Below, in pieces: positions 29,564 to 40,648 of a DNA stretch of 64,000 nucleotides. The notes beneath the pieces were generated by a model. It was not told the DNA's origin and did not search any database. It saw only the letters and a list, made by a program, of their open reading frames with translations. Each line of letters opens with the position of its first letter. The stretch's first letter is position 1. Location of the stretch: the IMG/VR virus record IMGVR_UViG_3300005965_000002, positions 1 through 64,000 of that record; one strand, written 5' to 3'. The position numbers and the translations under genes are program-made.

Positions 29564-30108
29564 TTATCTTGCATCATAGCTCCGTAAATCTGATTTTTTA
29601 GAGACACCCTCGTTTAGCTGGGTCTCCCAGAAATTTTGATAACACGCATTTAAGCCTGAGGTTTCCATAAGGGTGTTCAGAACAAACACATTTGGTAAGA
29701 CATTATTGTCTTTCCGAAAATTTTTTTCGTCCAACCCCAGAAATCTGTTAGCAAATAGGCCTACGGCTCCTGACCGGCTAATACCGGCATCGCAGTGGGC
29801 TACTAATGTATCTACCCGATCCTTGTTCCTATCAATAAACTCTATAATTCTAAGAGCGCATTCTTTCGAGAACAAAGTTATATCTTCATGCTTGGAAAGC
29901 CTGTTGTACTCCTCAAGGGTAACATCAGAAAATACACATTCCAGATAGTCTTTACAACCTTTTTTCTTCAGTTTATCTTTATCGACAATTGTCTCATCTT
30001 TTGTAGTGGTAATCGATATTAAAGACCAATTATCCCATATTTTTATGGAATCATCTAAAATCATGTCTTTAATAACCATTCTTGGTACTACTATTATTTT
30101 TTGAATCA
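29564..30108 (-). CDS. protein-tyrosine/dual-specificity phosphatase-like protein
   Basis: HCDAGISRS (CX5R) motif. Confidence 0.8.
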
Positions 30109-30807
30109 TACTATCTTCTTTATCGAATGATAGAGCATATGGAATCTTCCAGAATCCCATTCATCGTGCCAGTGTCCGCAATAATATTCAGCGTTTCTGC
30201 ACGTACGGAACACGTCATCTAGGTATAACCTTGTAGAATCCAGCTCCGTAAATCTGGAGCTTAGCCCTATAGTAGCAAAATACATGCGTATAAGAGTCTC
30301 CGGAGCGGTATGAGAGATTACGAAGTCTATTTGGTCTCCCATTTTTTCTAAAATCTTATAGCCTTTTTCTTTTTCCTCAGGTGACGGCACTTCCTGGGGC
30401 CACCAAGTTTTTCCCGGCTTACGCGAGTTCCGGTCGATGCTTTTTGCTCCACCCATAGTAAAAAAGAGTTTACCTTCGATATTATATACGTTACCTCTTT
30501 TTAGGTGAAAAACACTGTCAGAAGTCTTTCCAACAGAGCTGCCAAACATATCCACATCTTCGAACTCTTCAGCCAACCTTGCGTGATTCTCGTGGTTTCC
30601 GTCAACCCAGAGTGTTGTCCAGGGTTTATCATTCAACCACTTTAACCAGTATTCTTCAACGTTATCTTTTTTCGTCCATATCAGACCAAAATCCCCGGCG
30701 ATTATTAAATAATCTTTTTTAGTAAGCGTTTTCCCCTCAGGCCAATTTTTGGAAGAAAGATCGCCCATCCCTAATTCGCCGTGCTTATCTCCAGTAACAA
30801 AAATCAT
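30106..30807 (-). CDS. calcineurin-like metallophosphoesterase
   Basis: GDKHG, GDFG, GNHE, SHT, GHWH. Confidence 0.9.
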   Translation of the reverse strand: MIFVTGDKHGELGMGDLSSKNWPEGKTLTKKDYLIIAGDFGLIWTKKDNVEEYWLKWLNDKPWTTLWVDGNHENHARLAEEFEDVDMFGSSVGKTSDSVFHLKRGNVYNIEGKLFFTMGGAKSIDRNSRKPGKTWWPQEVPSPEEKEKGYKILEKMGDQIDFVISHTAPETLIRMYFATIGLSSRFTELDSTRLYLDDVFRTCRNAEYYCGHWHDEWDSGRFHMLYHSIKKIV

Positions 30808-30968
30808 TTTAATACTCTACTTTATCCGTCTCAAAGGATATACCAGTTTTTTTGACGATAACAGTTACCTGTATATGCTTTAAAGGGATTGGTAAAGGCG
30901 GTAAATAAATGTCTTTTCTATACGGATCATATCTTTTAATCGAAGGAACGAATGGTAACAGTTTTAAG

Positions 30969-31041
30969 CGCCCCCGAAAGGATTCGAACCTTTGACTGAC
31001 TGGTTTTAGGGACCACTCCTCTACCACTGAGGTACGGGGGC
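30969..31041 (-). tRNA. putative amber-suppressor tRNA (anticodon CTA), Trp-like anticodon arm
   Basis: TGGT-CCCTAAA-ACCA; perfect acceptor GCCCCCG/CGGGGGC; G73; C33. Confidence 0.7.
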
Positions 31042-31081
31042 TGATAGTCATTAATATACCTTTGTGATATATTTATTTTAA

Positions 31082-31393
31082 CTACTTTACGATATCAAGG
31101 CTTTTGAAGATACTTCCCAGATCGAAACAAGCTAGTGCTGTTTCTTGGTTGTCCAGGTCTGGCTCCCGAAAAACCGAAAAAATCTTCTCTTCTTTTTCTA
31201 GTTTTTCTTTCCAATACCTGAGGCCCCTCAAATGAGGGACCCCAAGATAAATGAGAGTGCCATTACCCCATGCCTTAAAAAGAGATTCATGTTCTAAGGC
31301 ATACTGTGAAAGCGCGTGGCCTCCTTGTACCAAACCGTAGACTTTGGAAAGATCAAGCCTCACTAGCACATACATCTTTGGCTGTGTAGGCAT
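31082..31393 (-). CDS. Pth2-like peptidyl-tRNA hydrolase
   Basis: KMYVLVRLDL....VQGGHA, FREPDLDNQETALA. Confidence 0.7.
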   Translation of the reverse strand: MPTQPKMYVLVRLDLSKVYGLVQGGHALSQYALEHESLFKAWGNGTLIYLGVPHLRGLRYWKEKLEKEEKIFSVFREPDLDNQETALACFDLGSIFKSLDIVK

Positions 31394-31661
31394 CTTTGAT
31401 CTCCTGAATAGTCTTCCAGTTAGGTTCGTTACCTTCTCTACAATGGTTCTCAATTTCTTCATATTTTCGTCCTCTAAGCAGGCAGTAGGCAATATGACTG
31501 TGGCGGTAGTCAGCCTTTAGAGAAAGAACCTCTGCTTGTTCTCTCCAAGCATTCCCGGTTCCTGACTCCCTTTGGATTGATCTAATCTTGTTTTTGAGTT
31601 CACGTAGACCTAAAGCCTTCTTCTTCAGCGTATTTTTCAGAATTGAATATGAGGTATGCAT
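31353..31661 (-). CDS. hypothetical protein upstream of the Pth2-like gene
   Basis: RHSHIAYCLLRGRKYEEIE; RBS lies inside a hairpin. Confidence 0.7.
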   Translation of the reverse strand: MHTSYSILKNTLKKKALGLRELKNKIRSIQRESGTGNAWREQAEVLSLKADYRHSHIAYCLLRGRKYEEIENHCREGNEPNWKTIQEIKDAYTAKDVCASEA

Positions 31662-31965
31662 TCCGCACTCCTTTAATTAAGTGAATAGTTAATAGATAGC
31701 ACTTAAAAAAGGAATGCTTTAAGGAGGCTTAAAAACTCGGAGGACCTATGTGAATCCGGAAACCTACACAGGTGAGAAAAAGTGGGTCATTTTATTTTCC
31801 TATTAAGATTTAATATTTAAATACCGATAATTTCATCATCGTAAAAATAGGTATCTTTTTCGTGACCACTCTTCATTTTATAGATGAAATAAGTAGCTAC
31901 TAATGCAAGAATACCCGATATAGCGATAATTTTTTTCATACTATGACTCTCAGATTAAAAGATTA

Positions 31966-32793
31966 TTAGATACCCAAGTAATGATGCCCATATTGCTGGA
32001 AGTTATATACTGGGTTTTCTACAATAATTCTTTTGTATTTTTCAATGTAAGCTAAAAACTTTTTTGATTCCTGCGCCCATGATTTTAGGGAATTGCAGGT
32101 AGGGACTGTTCTTACTTTAAGCTTATGCAATAAATCATGTTCCCATTTAAAATGATGAACAAAATTTTTGGAGAAACAGCTATCTACTTCCGGAAAATAT
32201 GTTTCTGTTCGGTAGCCGTTTACTTTTTCTCCGTTCTCCCGCAACAAAACATGATGACCTCCTCCGATGTCTCTCGATGCCTTCGCGGCCATTACCTTTT
32301 TATCCCAGGCACCTAACAGGTAGTGTGTAATAAACCCACCCAGTGAGAATATTTCTTCTAAAGAATATTCTTCTTTAAATAAAGGTAAGTCACCGCTGGA
32401 ATAGACTCTATCTAGTAACCTACCCTCGATTGAATCTAAGAAATGCTCTGAACAATAATTGATTTGATCACGTAAAGGAGGATCAAAGTAATGAAATTCA
32501 TCGCTATCCGCGTAAATCACCCAGTCCTGGTCGTCACAGACCTCATTTTTGGCTTTATTTTCGATCTCTATCTTTTTGTCCTCACTAAAATGTCCGTGCC
32601 AGGATCCATTTCCTTTTACATTATACCGGTTACAGACCTTACTAATACCCTGCAGTATATCGTATGAAAAATCTGGATAAGGCTGGTGGTTAGTAACTAT
32701 AAATTGATCGACACCAAGTCTCTGATAATAGCCAAAGAAACGATCCAGATACTTAATATCAGGACCTATCGTTGTGACTAAATAAATCTTCAT
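31966..32793 (-). CDS. glycosyltransferase family 2-like protein
   Basis: YYQRLGVD, WVIYADSDEF, GGGHH, HHFKW. Confidence 0.75.
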   Translation of the reverse strand: MKIYLVTTIGPDIKYLDRFFGYYQRLGVDQFIVTNHQPYPDFSYDILQGISKVCNRYNVKGNGSWHGHFSEDKKIEIENKAKNEVCDDQDWVIYADSDEFHYFDPPLRDQINYCSEHFLDSIEGRLLDRVYSSGDLPLFKEEYSLEEIFSLGGFITHYLLGAWDKKVMAAKASRDIGGGHHVLLRENGEKVNGYRTETYFPEVDSCFSKNFVHHFKWEHDLLHKLKVRTVPTCNSLKSWAQESKKFLAYIEKYKRIIVENPVYNFQQYGHHYLGI

Positions 32794-33690
32794 TTTTTAA
32801 CTTTTGGGATAAGGTAAATTTCAGAAGTATCGTAAGATCCATCATCATTCTTGTTTAAGCGCCCATGATAGATTGGAATGTGTGGGCCTATCTTCCTGGC
32901 GGTATCCCGCGCCTCATTCAATGCTGTGTAGGGGCCTTCATATTTTTTGCCTTTTTCTACTTCTACGAAAAATCCTTGCATTTGTCCTCACTTGTTATAC
33001 CATACCCAACCTACGAAAATTACCTGGTCACCGTTATCAAGATTTACCAAAAATCTTTTTAATTCGTTATCACCATCACAGGGAAGAGTGCAGGTAGTAT
33101 AGCCATGGCCTAAAGAAGCTCTTTCAATATGAGAGAGTACTCGTATACCATTTAGCACAAACGATGCATCAAACTTGTATTCAAACATAGCAGAATCAAA
33201 GTTTGGCTTTCTGTACTGATCTACATCGTTTTTTACGATAATAGCAGTAGGTATCATCCAGAAGTATCTGTTGCCTATGATATAGGGGCACTCATAAATT
33301 ACTTTATCTCTGATCTTTGATAGATCAACATTAAGTCGTTCCGCTTCATGCCAGGGGTCTGGTCTGATTAAAGATATTAAACCTATTTTTTCAGATTTAA
33401 TAGATTCTAATTTATCGAAGTCATAGGTGTGGGAAACATACTCTGACCCATACAAAATATCTCCGTAATCTTCACCCTGAAAAGTCTTAGCGACTACTGG
33501 CTTAATCATGATTCCTCCGTACTTATTTCGTCTATTTCCTTTTGTATTTCCTTTTGTATTTCTTTCTTAGCTTTTTGTCTTTCGGTCTTCTTATTAAGAC
33601 TATCTAACTCTGCCTCCCACCAATTGATGTATCCTTTGGGAGGATGGTTATCTTCGTAGTTATGACTTTTTGGTTTACGCCCGTAAGGTT

Positions 33691-34161
33691 TCATTTTTCA
33701 CAGACAAATTCTAGTTTTGTCCCACCATCGTAAGGTACAGCTAGACCGGCTGTAATTAGCATTTCAGCCAAATTCTGACCATCAATAAGAACATCAGCTA
33801 AAATCCTAAAATATTTACCTCTTTGTATATTGGTAAGCTCAATTTTTTTAGCATTTGAAAGCTTATCTATGACGAAGGCTTTAGCTTCTTTAGCTTTGGC
33901 TTTTTCACAGGGGCGGCTTCCCCTTATCTCCGGTGCGTCTATTCCTTTTACACGTATAGATACTGTGTCGCCGATGAGGGGGTGAACATTATTGATATTA
34001 GCGTGAAAAGTATCGCCATCATAAACTTTAACGATGTTTTTCACCTTCAGGGATCCGTACGTCTTATCAGCAGCGTGAAGAGAATTAACTACGCAGAAAA
34101 ATAAAATCAATAAAACAAACAAGTTTTTGAAAATTTGATTGTAAAGGTTCGATCCAAACAT
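33691..34161 (-). CDS. thermonuclease (SNase-like), probably secreted
   Basis: VYDGDT, IRVKGIDAPE, GKYFRILA, GLA motifs; hydrophobic signal-like segment; start uncertain. Confidence 0.85.
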   Translation of the reverse strand: MFGSNLYNQIFKNLFVLLILFFCVVNSLHAADKTYGSLKVKNIVKVYDGDTFHANINNVHPLIGDTVSIRVKGIDAPEIRGSRPCEKAKAKEAKAFVIDKLSNAKKIELTNIQRGKYFRILADVLIDGQNLAEMLITAGLAVPYDGGTKLEFVCEK

Positions 34162-34938
34162 TGGGTGGTATCCTGTGTTAGAGCTATCCGTCCCAACCTC
34201 TATATCTTTGGGTGTAGACTCCATTTTACGCAGCTTTGGCGAATGTTTTGTACTGTTGCCAAGCATCCTCCCACCTCTGGGATTTGACAAGCGTACGGAA
34301 TGTCAGGATGTTCTGACCACCTTCACAGGACCAACGCATGCCGCTTCGCTGAGATTGCTGGTCATCTTCTCTACAAGCTCGGCGTTGAGCTGCGAAAAGT
34401 TGAAGTCGTGGCATAAATCTACCATTTTTTGTTTAAATGTACTGACAAAGCGATCGACTATTCGGCCAATAGATATCATCGGATCCTCCTGAATTTCCCT
34501 TTAACTTGTTGTTCAATAAGCAGTTAGGGAATACGATGGGGGATCCTTTTTTCCTGAATACATGCGTAAAAACGAGTCTACACCCAAATCTTTCCAAAGA
34601 TCTTTCGGCATTGTGACACTAAACTTTTCCATTAATTTGTTTAATTCAGTATACGGTGTAGATTTTATTTTGTATGGATCGTATGCTCTAAATGCTGTCC
34701 GGTTGGTAGTTGTAGCTGTTGTACGGCCTATAACAGACCCGTTTACAGCTAAATCGTTTTCATGGGAATTATATACTCCATGAGGTTTACCTACAGGTTT
34801 ACCAAGCCAGCACTCGTCAGTGCGTCCTATAGATAATTCTGAAGCTTTGAATATGTCATTATTTCTATTTGGTGGTAACATAGGCATATTATAATATACT
34901 CCACAGATAAAAGTATTTAAAGGAGAGAAATAAGAAAA

Positions 34939-35013
34939 TCGAGGTGCCCGGATTTGAACCGAGGACCCCCGCCTCCCAAAGACGGTGCTCTAGCCAAGCT
35001 GAGCTACACCTCG
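34939..35013 (-). tRNA. tRNA-Pro(TGG)
   Basis: Loop TTTGGGA; no CCA. Confidence 0.92.
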
Positions 35014-35255
35014 TTAGATTATGATTTTTAGAGCACTCACAACATTTTGGATGCGGTTGATGACAGTTGTCGTACTACTCCCGGCAAAAAGAAGACCTAC
35101 GGCGTTATTTTGACCGTTAAATACCACTGACCCACTATCGCCTCCTTGGCTCATAGGTCCTGCAATAAGCTGGTCAGTAAAAACAGCCACTTTATTGGCT
35201 CCGTAGCTTACTTGTACTGTAGCATCTATCTGCTGAATAGTACCTTCTGTGTACC
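35014..35255 (-). pseudogene. C-terminal fragment of a trypsin-like serine protease
   Basis: TGYTEG..., SQGGDSGS, VGLLFAG; N-terminus replaced by IS DNA. Confidence 0.75.
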
Positions 35256-35830
35256 CGGTAGACATCCCACAGAAGAGAGCTGTCGGTGGGATAGTGGATG
35301 TTCGACTCACACACCGTGCTGTCCACCCGCAGCCTCTCGGCGGTGATCTTGCCGCTGCGCTGAGCAGCATCCAGGACAATCGCATTGATCTTTTGCCATG
35401 TCGAAGCCTGGATATGCTTGAATGCCGTACACAGCTGGTTAAAGCTCATCACCTTGCCCATGCCGATGCGGGTGAAATTGAGCAAAAAATCGCTATCTGC
35501 GATACGAATCACCGTCTCGCGGTAAGGAAGGTCTTCTATAATCATAACAATACTCATCCGCAATACCTGTTCGCTGCTATAACTGGCTCCACGCCCCTTG
35601 CTCGAGCCACATCGGCGCAGGTCTTTATGAACGACATTCAGAATCTCTGGATGCTCGTCCAGGAAGCGGTCAATCGAATCGTATTTGGCTCGGTACTCAC
35701 GAATCACCTTCTGTTCACTGAATACATTGAAGGGAAAACATGGCTGTGCGTGAACTATTTTTCTCACTGGGATGCCCTCCGTTTTCTGTAAAACCCTTTT
35801 GGTTTTTTGATCAACAGAAAAATAGGATAA
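35255..35830 (-). mobile_element. truncated IS transposase (ISNCY/IS5-like), 5' part only
   Basis: Higher GC; GR....EQVLR...YRE, RVDSTVCESNIHYPTDSSLLWD; fused out of frame to the protease fragment. Confidence 0.8.
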
Positions 35831-35844
35831 GGCATCCCTTTTTG

Positions 35845-36852
35845 TTAACCCTTAGTGCTTTCTGAACAGAAACTAACTAATACTCTTTTGTTTTTTACTA
35901 TGATTCTGAAATACGGGCATTTTCCATTTATCGACAAATCTTTTCCATCATTACCTTTTCTAAATTTAACAATCTCAAATTGGTCAGGATTGAATTTGTG
36001 TAGGAACGTTATGGGGACACCCATATATCCATTATAATCGATTGGTATATCCTGTGTTTTATTGACATTTATCCCATCATAATTATCATACTTTGGATAT
36101 TCAGCTTCATTACCAAGATATTTCCTTTTTAGTTCAATGTCTTCATGACGTTTAAAAGTGTCCAAATTAGTTAGCCATAGACAATTATTTGGCGAAACTA
36201 TTCTATTTCCAGCATCATCTATGCGTGCTTCTGTTCCATAGAGATCATAGTGGTCAGGTACAATAAAACCAGAAACGCCTCTACCAAGACCTATTCCTAG
36301 CCAAGCATTGTTTTCCTTAATTAACTTAAAAATTTCCTTATACGTTATGGCATTAACATTCCCAATTATCAAAAATTGTTTATCATAGTTTACCAATTGA
36401 GCGACATACTCTCTGAATAGCGAAAAAGGAGGATTAGTAACAATAATATCTGATTGTTTCAAGAGTTCAATGCTTTCAGCACTTCTAAAGTCTCCATCTC
36501 CTTTGAAATAAACTATATCCGTTGTATCTGGTATCTTTTTCTCGCCCTCAGTTCCTGTATATGCATAGAAAAAACCATTTTCATCTTCTTGCGTATTAAA
36601 TAAATCTCTTGTTTGTTCCTTATAACATGACGCGATTACTTTTTTAAGGCCAAGTTCCTCAAAGTTTGAAGTAAAATAACGGAAGAAGTTGCTGATACGA
36701 GGGTCATCACAATTACAATAAACAACTTTATTCTTAAAATGACTCTTATAATGTTGTAATTCACTTTCTATATCCGCAAGCTGGGTGTAAAATTCATCAC
36801 TTTTCGATTTTTTTGCCTTTTGAAGTAATTTATTTGTTGCATTTCGTGCCAT
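35845..36852 (-). CDS. EcoRI-family adenine DNA methyltransferase
   Basis: AKKSKSDEFYT, VYCNCDDP, GDGDFRS.E, VTNPPFSLFREY, GVPITF. Confidence 0.9.
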   Translation of the reverse strand: MARNATNKLLQKAKKSKSDEFYTQLADIESELQHYKSHFKNKVVYCNCDDPRISNFFRYFTSNFEELGLKKVIASCYKEQTRDLFNTQEDENGFFYAYTGTEGEKKIPDTTDIVYFKGDGDFRSAESIELLKQSDIIVTNPPFSLFREYVAQLVNYDKQFLIIGNVNAITYKEIFKLIKENNAWLGIGLGRGVSGFIVPDHYDLYGTEARIDDAGNRIVSPNNCLWLTNLDTFKRHEDIELKRKYLGNEAEYPKYDNYDGINVNKTQDIPIDYNGYMGVPITFLHKFNPDQFEIVKFRKGNDGKDLSINGKCPYFRIIVKNKRVLVSFCSESTKG

Positions 36853-36861
36853 TAATTCACC

Positions 36862-37488
36862 TTAGTTGTTATTTGTTAATTGATTGAATATGTCGCTTCC
36901 CAATACTTTGAGCGAGGTCTTCGAAATTTCAATCATAACATCAAACATATCCTTAGTATCCCACCTTTCTCCGTTCCCCTGTGTATAAATAGATGTTGCT
37001 TGAAGCATAATTGTTTTATCAATATGCTTAACAAACTTATTCATACATAAATTGGTGTTGATGGGCATACCATAATTTGCTGATGTCAACCTATCTAGTC
37101 TATTTAGCATTCCTGAGTTATATTCAAGAGTTACAACTCTTCCGTCTGGCCTTTGAATTGAAATAGTTTCTGTTAAGAAATTTGAGCCTTCCAAAAACAG
37201 TACGTAAGGGAAATGAGATTCAGCTAGCATAAAGTTAGCTATTTCTGATATGTTTTTATGAGACCTTTCAATCGCATTTCCAGCGGCCATCAAGTCTTGG
37301 TTATTACCAGTGCCAACTAATTGACCATTTCTAATGTTTTCAATGTCTTTTCCCTGATGTTTGGCTTCTGAAACCAAAACTACTCTCCAATTGCCGTTGT
37401 CGTCTTTTACTTCAATAATTCCGCCATCAGGTTTAATACTAGAATTACCTAAATCTTTTCTCATTACTATGACTTGTTTGTAATTCAT
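36862..37488 (-). CDS. N-truncated EcoRI-like restriction endonuclease fused to a Pth2-like N-terminus
   Basis: KPDGG..EAKHQG..MAAGNAIERSHKN closely match EcoRI; first 14 aa MNYKQVIVMRKDLG are Pth2-like. Confidence 0.85.
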   Translation of the reverse strand: MNYKQVIVMRKDLGNSSIKPDGGIIEVKDDNGNWRVVLVSEAKHQGKDIENIRNGQLVGTGNNQDLMAAGNAIERSHKNISEIANFMLAESHFPYVLFLEGSNFLTETISIQRPDGRVVTLEYNSGMLNRLDRLTSANYGMPINTNLCMNKFVKHIDKTIMLQATSIYTQGNGERWDTKDMFDVMIEISKTSLKVLGSDIFNQLTNNN

Positions 37489-37743
37489 GCGTCTTCCATT
37501 TCCTGCTTTACCCGTTTATTCTTTTTCTTTACCTGTTTGCGGCACCCTTCAATAAACTCTTTGCTTACTTTTTTACTGGGCACTTTAACTAATTTAATTG
37601 TAAAAACGCCTTCACACTTAGGACAGTACATTGCTTTTGAAAACCAGCCGTTTGAGACCTCTTCAAGACCTGTCCCGCATTTGTTGCAGACTGCATTGGT
37701 AATAAAAGGACTTGCGTGTATTTCGAAGTTATCAAATTTCATA

Positions 37744-38310
37744 TCAACTCCTAAGTTCTCTTTCGCCTGAGCGGGATAAATAGTTTTTATCTGCTGGTGA
37801 ATCGTAAAACCAGCAGGGCCAGTGCTTTTTAAAGCTTTCAATTACTGCTTGGTTACAAGTAATCACTAAACTCCAAGGACGAAAGAGTACCATATCAAAC
37901 ATTACCCAGCCGGGCTGGAGGGTCACCGCGTGGAAATTGTATTGGCTCTGTTCGCTGTCGTGGGAGACAATGATATCTGTGTTTTTCTGTAGTCGGTCTA
38001 AGAGTTGCCATCTTAACTCGACATCATTGTCTACGAAAATCATATCCCACTTACCGGATAAGCGGGATGCATAATTTAAGACCTGATCGTGATCGGGTAA
38101 GTATAGCGAGTTAGGGTTGATTTTTTGAGAAGAATCAAACCATTGTTCATTCTGGGTTTCTATAGAGGTAAGTACGCAACCTCTCTCTACAAAATATCTC
38201 GTGCTAAAGTCTCCGGTACCGAACTCAAGTACTTCCTTTGGATTCACCGTATTGAACACACGATCCAAAACTGGTATATGACTCATAATCCCATCAAATT
38301 TAAATATCAT
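37744..38310 (-). CDS. methyltransferase-like protein
   Basis: VLEFGTGDFST, DMIFVD, VSHD. Confidence 0.65.
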   Translation of the reverse strand: MIFKFDGIMSHIPVLDRVFNTVNPKEVLEFGTGDFSTRYFVERGCVLTSIETQNEQWFDSSQKINPNSLYLPDHDQVLNYASRLSGKWDMIFVDNDVELRWQLLDRLQKNTDIIVSHDSEQSQYNFHAVTLQPGWVMFDMVLFRPWSLVITCNQAVIESFKKHWPCWFYDSPADKNYLSRSGERELRS

Positions 38311-38326
38311 ATTATCTCTCCAAAAA

Positions 38327-38404
38327 TGGTCGGGACGCCCGGATTTGAACCGGGGACCCCAAGTCCCCCAGACTTGTGCGCTGACCAGGCTGCGCCACGT
38401 CCCG
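38327..38404 (-). tRNA. tRNA-Pro(GGG)
   Basis: Loop CTGGGGG; CCA. Confidence 0.92.
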
Positions 38405-38418
38405 AAAAAAACTAGTAA

Positions 38419-38937
38419 TCAATTTTTAACGTTTCCTTTTTTAAACTCTACGTGATAGTTTGTAAACTGCTGCTCTGATCTGTTTTCCAAATTACTTAAT
38501 TCAGGGTGCTCGGATTTTCTATATTTACATTTTTTTATGTTTATAAATCCTAGAATCTTAGCTATATACTCTAATTCTTCAAAGGCAGGAAAATGAATGT
38601 GTCCGAATCTTTTTACATTGATTTCCTCTAAAATGCAAAATTCTCTATAACCATACCCTATATAAAGGAGCGTATCTATGGGTGGGAATGATGCCCGAAA
38701 AACACCGTTGGGTTTTAATATTCTATAGATCTCTGAAAGAAACTTCATCACGTCTATTTGCGATAAGTGCTACAATACATCTTGGCAGTATACGAAGGAA
38801 GCGGTACTATCTTTAAAGGGGTGTTGCTTTGTTATATCTGCTATAAGCTGCGTGTCCGGGTTGTCTGCGTCAAAGCGTAGGTCAACGTTTAGCCTCCCCT
38901 CTTTGTAATCGTTACCACTGCCGTAATGGATCTTCAT
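38419..38937 (-). pseudogene. type 11 methyltransferase with in-frame TAG at 38772-38770 (pseudogene or read-through)
   Basis: MKIHYGSG...NVD...DIT..PF.D...QDVL*HL...EIYRILKPNG. Confidence 0.75.
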
Positions 38938-40155
38938 AGTGAATTCTTTAATATTTATGGTACGCCTAATTTTTTATTTCCACTACTCTACCGCTGTCAT
39001 ACACGAGATCTTTTTTATCGAAAAGGCTTGCGTTCATCACACAGGAGGCATCCCACCCCTTAGAAGTGTCTTCTGCTTCTCCATATAGGTCTGAGGATGT
39101 TTTCCCGCAACAAACACAAACCCAAATTTTACCTTCCGGGGCTATCTTATTTTTGCTCACGAGACTGCTCCCATTCTTTTATAAATGCTATAGCTGTATA
39201 GTTGGTATCACATTTACGCATTAGTATACACTGCCCATTTTTTAATGTCACATTAAATGCGTTATTCTCATCGGATAGTGTAGATATAATATCAACGGCC
39301 ACTACCTGATTAAGCATAAAAGCACCTTTGGGATGTTTGATAATTTTTTCAGAGTTCATCAGTCTTCCCTGACTATGTCAAATCGTTCTATTTTGCTGAA
39401 ATCTTCCACAATGTCTTTTGAAAAAATAAGTCTCCAGGAACCATCCGGGAGTCCATCAAGATGCAGCATCTCAAGATCTGATTTTATAGAGGTAGCTTTA
39501 GATAGCTCCAATTCCTTATAAGACCCATCTTTCATAACAATTCGGATAGCACGCCTAATACTCATGCTACAGATCCTCTCGTGGTTGAAACTGCTTCATA
39601 AAGTGGACAACGTTTTTGTATTCCTCAGGTTTATCGCAGGAGACGTAGCCGCTGGTTTCCCTTTGTTTCGTTCCACTACACTCCGCATACAGCAAAGGTA
39701 TACCCGATTTTACTCGCACCCGCCGCTGTTTTTAGGATGTGCTTTACCCGTTAAGCTACAGCCACCATAAACTCTTGGTAAATTTTTTATTTGGGTATAG
39801 ATACTCATTGCTTTCCAGTAACTTTTTCCTTCATCGTCTTTATAACACTTAATAAGCTGAATCTTCTTATCAAGTAATTCTGAAAAGACTAAAGCCATTC
39901 CCAAATCAAAATGAGATCCTTTTGAATCTACATCCCAGAACACATGTATCTCATCAGCATCCTTCATCCCTATGTAATGGCCCATGACGATACTGTAGCC
40001 AGTATCGTCATTTTGATTCACTTTTTTGTAGGAATGAACATCATGTCCTTGGCTTTCAAGGTTAGAGATATACTCGTCTAATTCCTCTTTTTGCTCATCT
40101 GTCATTTTTCTTACGGGACAGAGAATGTAGATGTTCATTTTGTCTCCTTAAAAAA

Positions 40156-40235
40156 TGGAAGGGGTGCCCGGATTCGAACCGGGGAAAAATAACGGGACCA
40201 AAACCCGTCGTGTTAAGCCGCTTCACCACACCCCT
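40156..40235 (-). tRNA. tRNA-Gln(TTG)
   Basis: ACGGG-TTTTGGT-CCCGT; CCA. Confidence 0.88.
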
Positions 40236-40434
40236 CTAATTACCGAAACTAATACCTGATCGCTTGTACGGTTTCGTTATTGCCCAGTATATAAAGATAA
40301 ATCTTCTTTCGAACCAAAGAGTATACGGCCCATACATAGTACCGCCCTCTTCCGGATCGTACCGGGCAAAGGATTCTCCTTTGGTGTAGAATAGATTTAA
40401 ACCGAGTTTACCTATCCAAATAAACATGATAAAT

Positions 40435-40511
40435 TGGCTGGCGCGGCAGGGCTCGAACCTGCGACCTGGTGGTTAACAGCCACCCGCTACTGCCAACTGA
40501 GCTACGCGCCA
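40435..40511 (-). tRNA. tRNA-Asn(GTT)
   Basis: GGTGG-CTGTTAA-CCACC; CCA. Confidence 0.93.
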
Positions 40512-40596
40512 GTACTTGGTATTGAGTTTTTCAGAATTTCAAGAATACGCTTATCTTCATCGCGTACTATATCATTCATAGCTTTTATGGTATATG

Positions 40597-40648
40597 CTGA
40601 CGTACTCCCACGACTGAAGTCGTGGGCTTTCCCGCTCACTCTCGTAAA
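40597..40648 (-). mobile_element. 52-nt palindromic IS200/IS605-end-like element, copy 1
   Basis: Identical to 53619-53670; hairpin CCCACGAC-TTCA-GTCGTGGG. Confidence 0.75.

Noticed and set aside
34286-34414. GC-richer patch that may be a transposase tail
   Set aside because: Too short to assign; no terminal repeats recognised.
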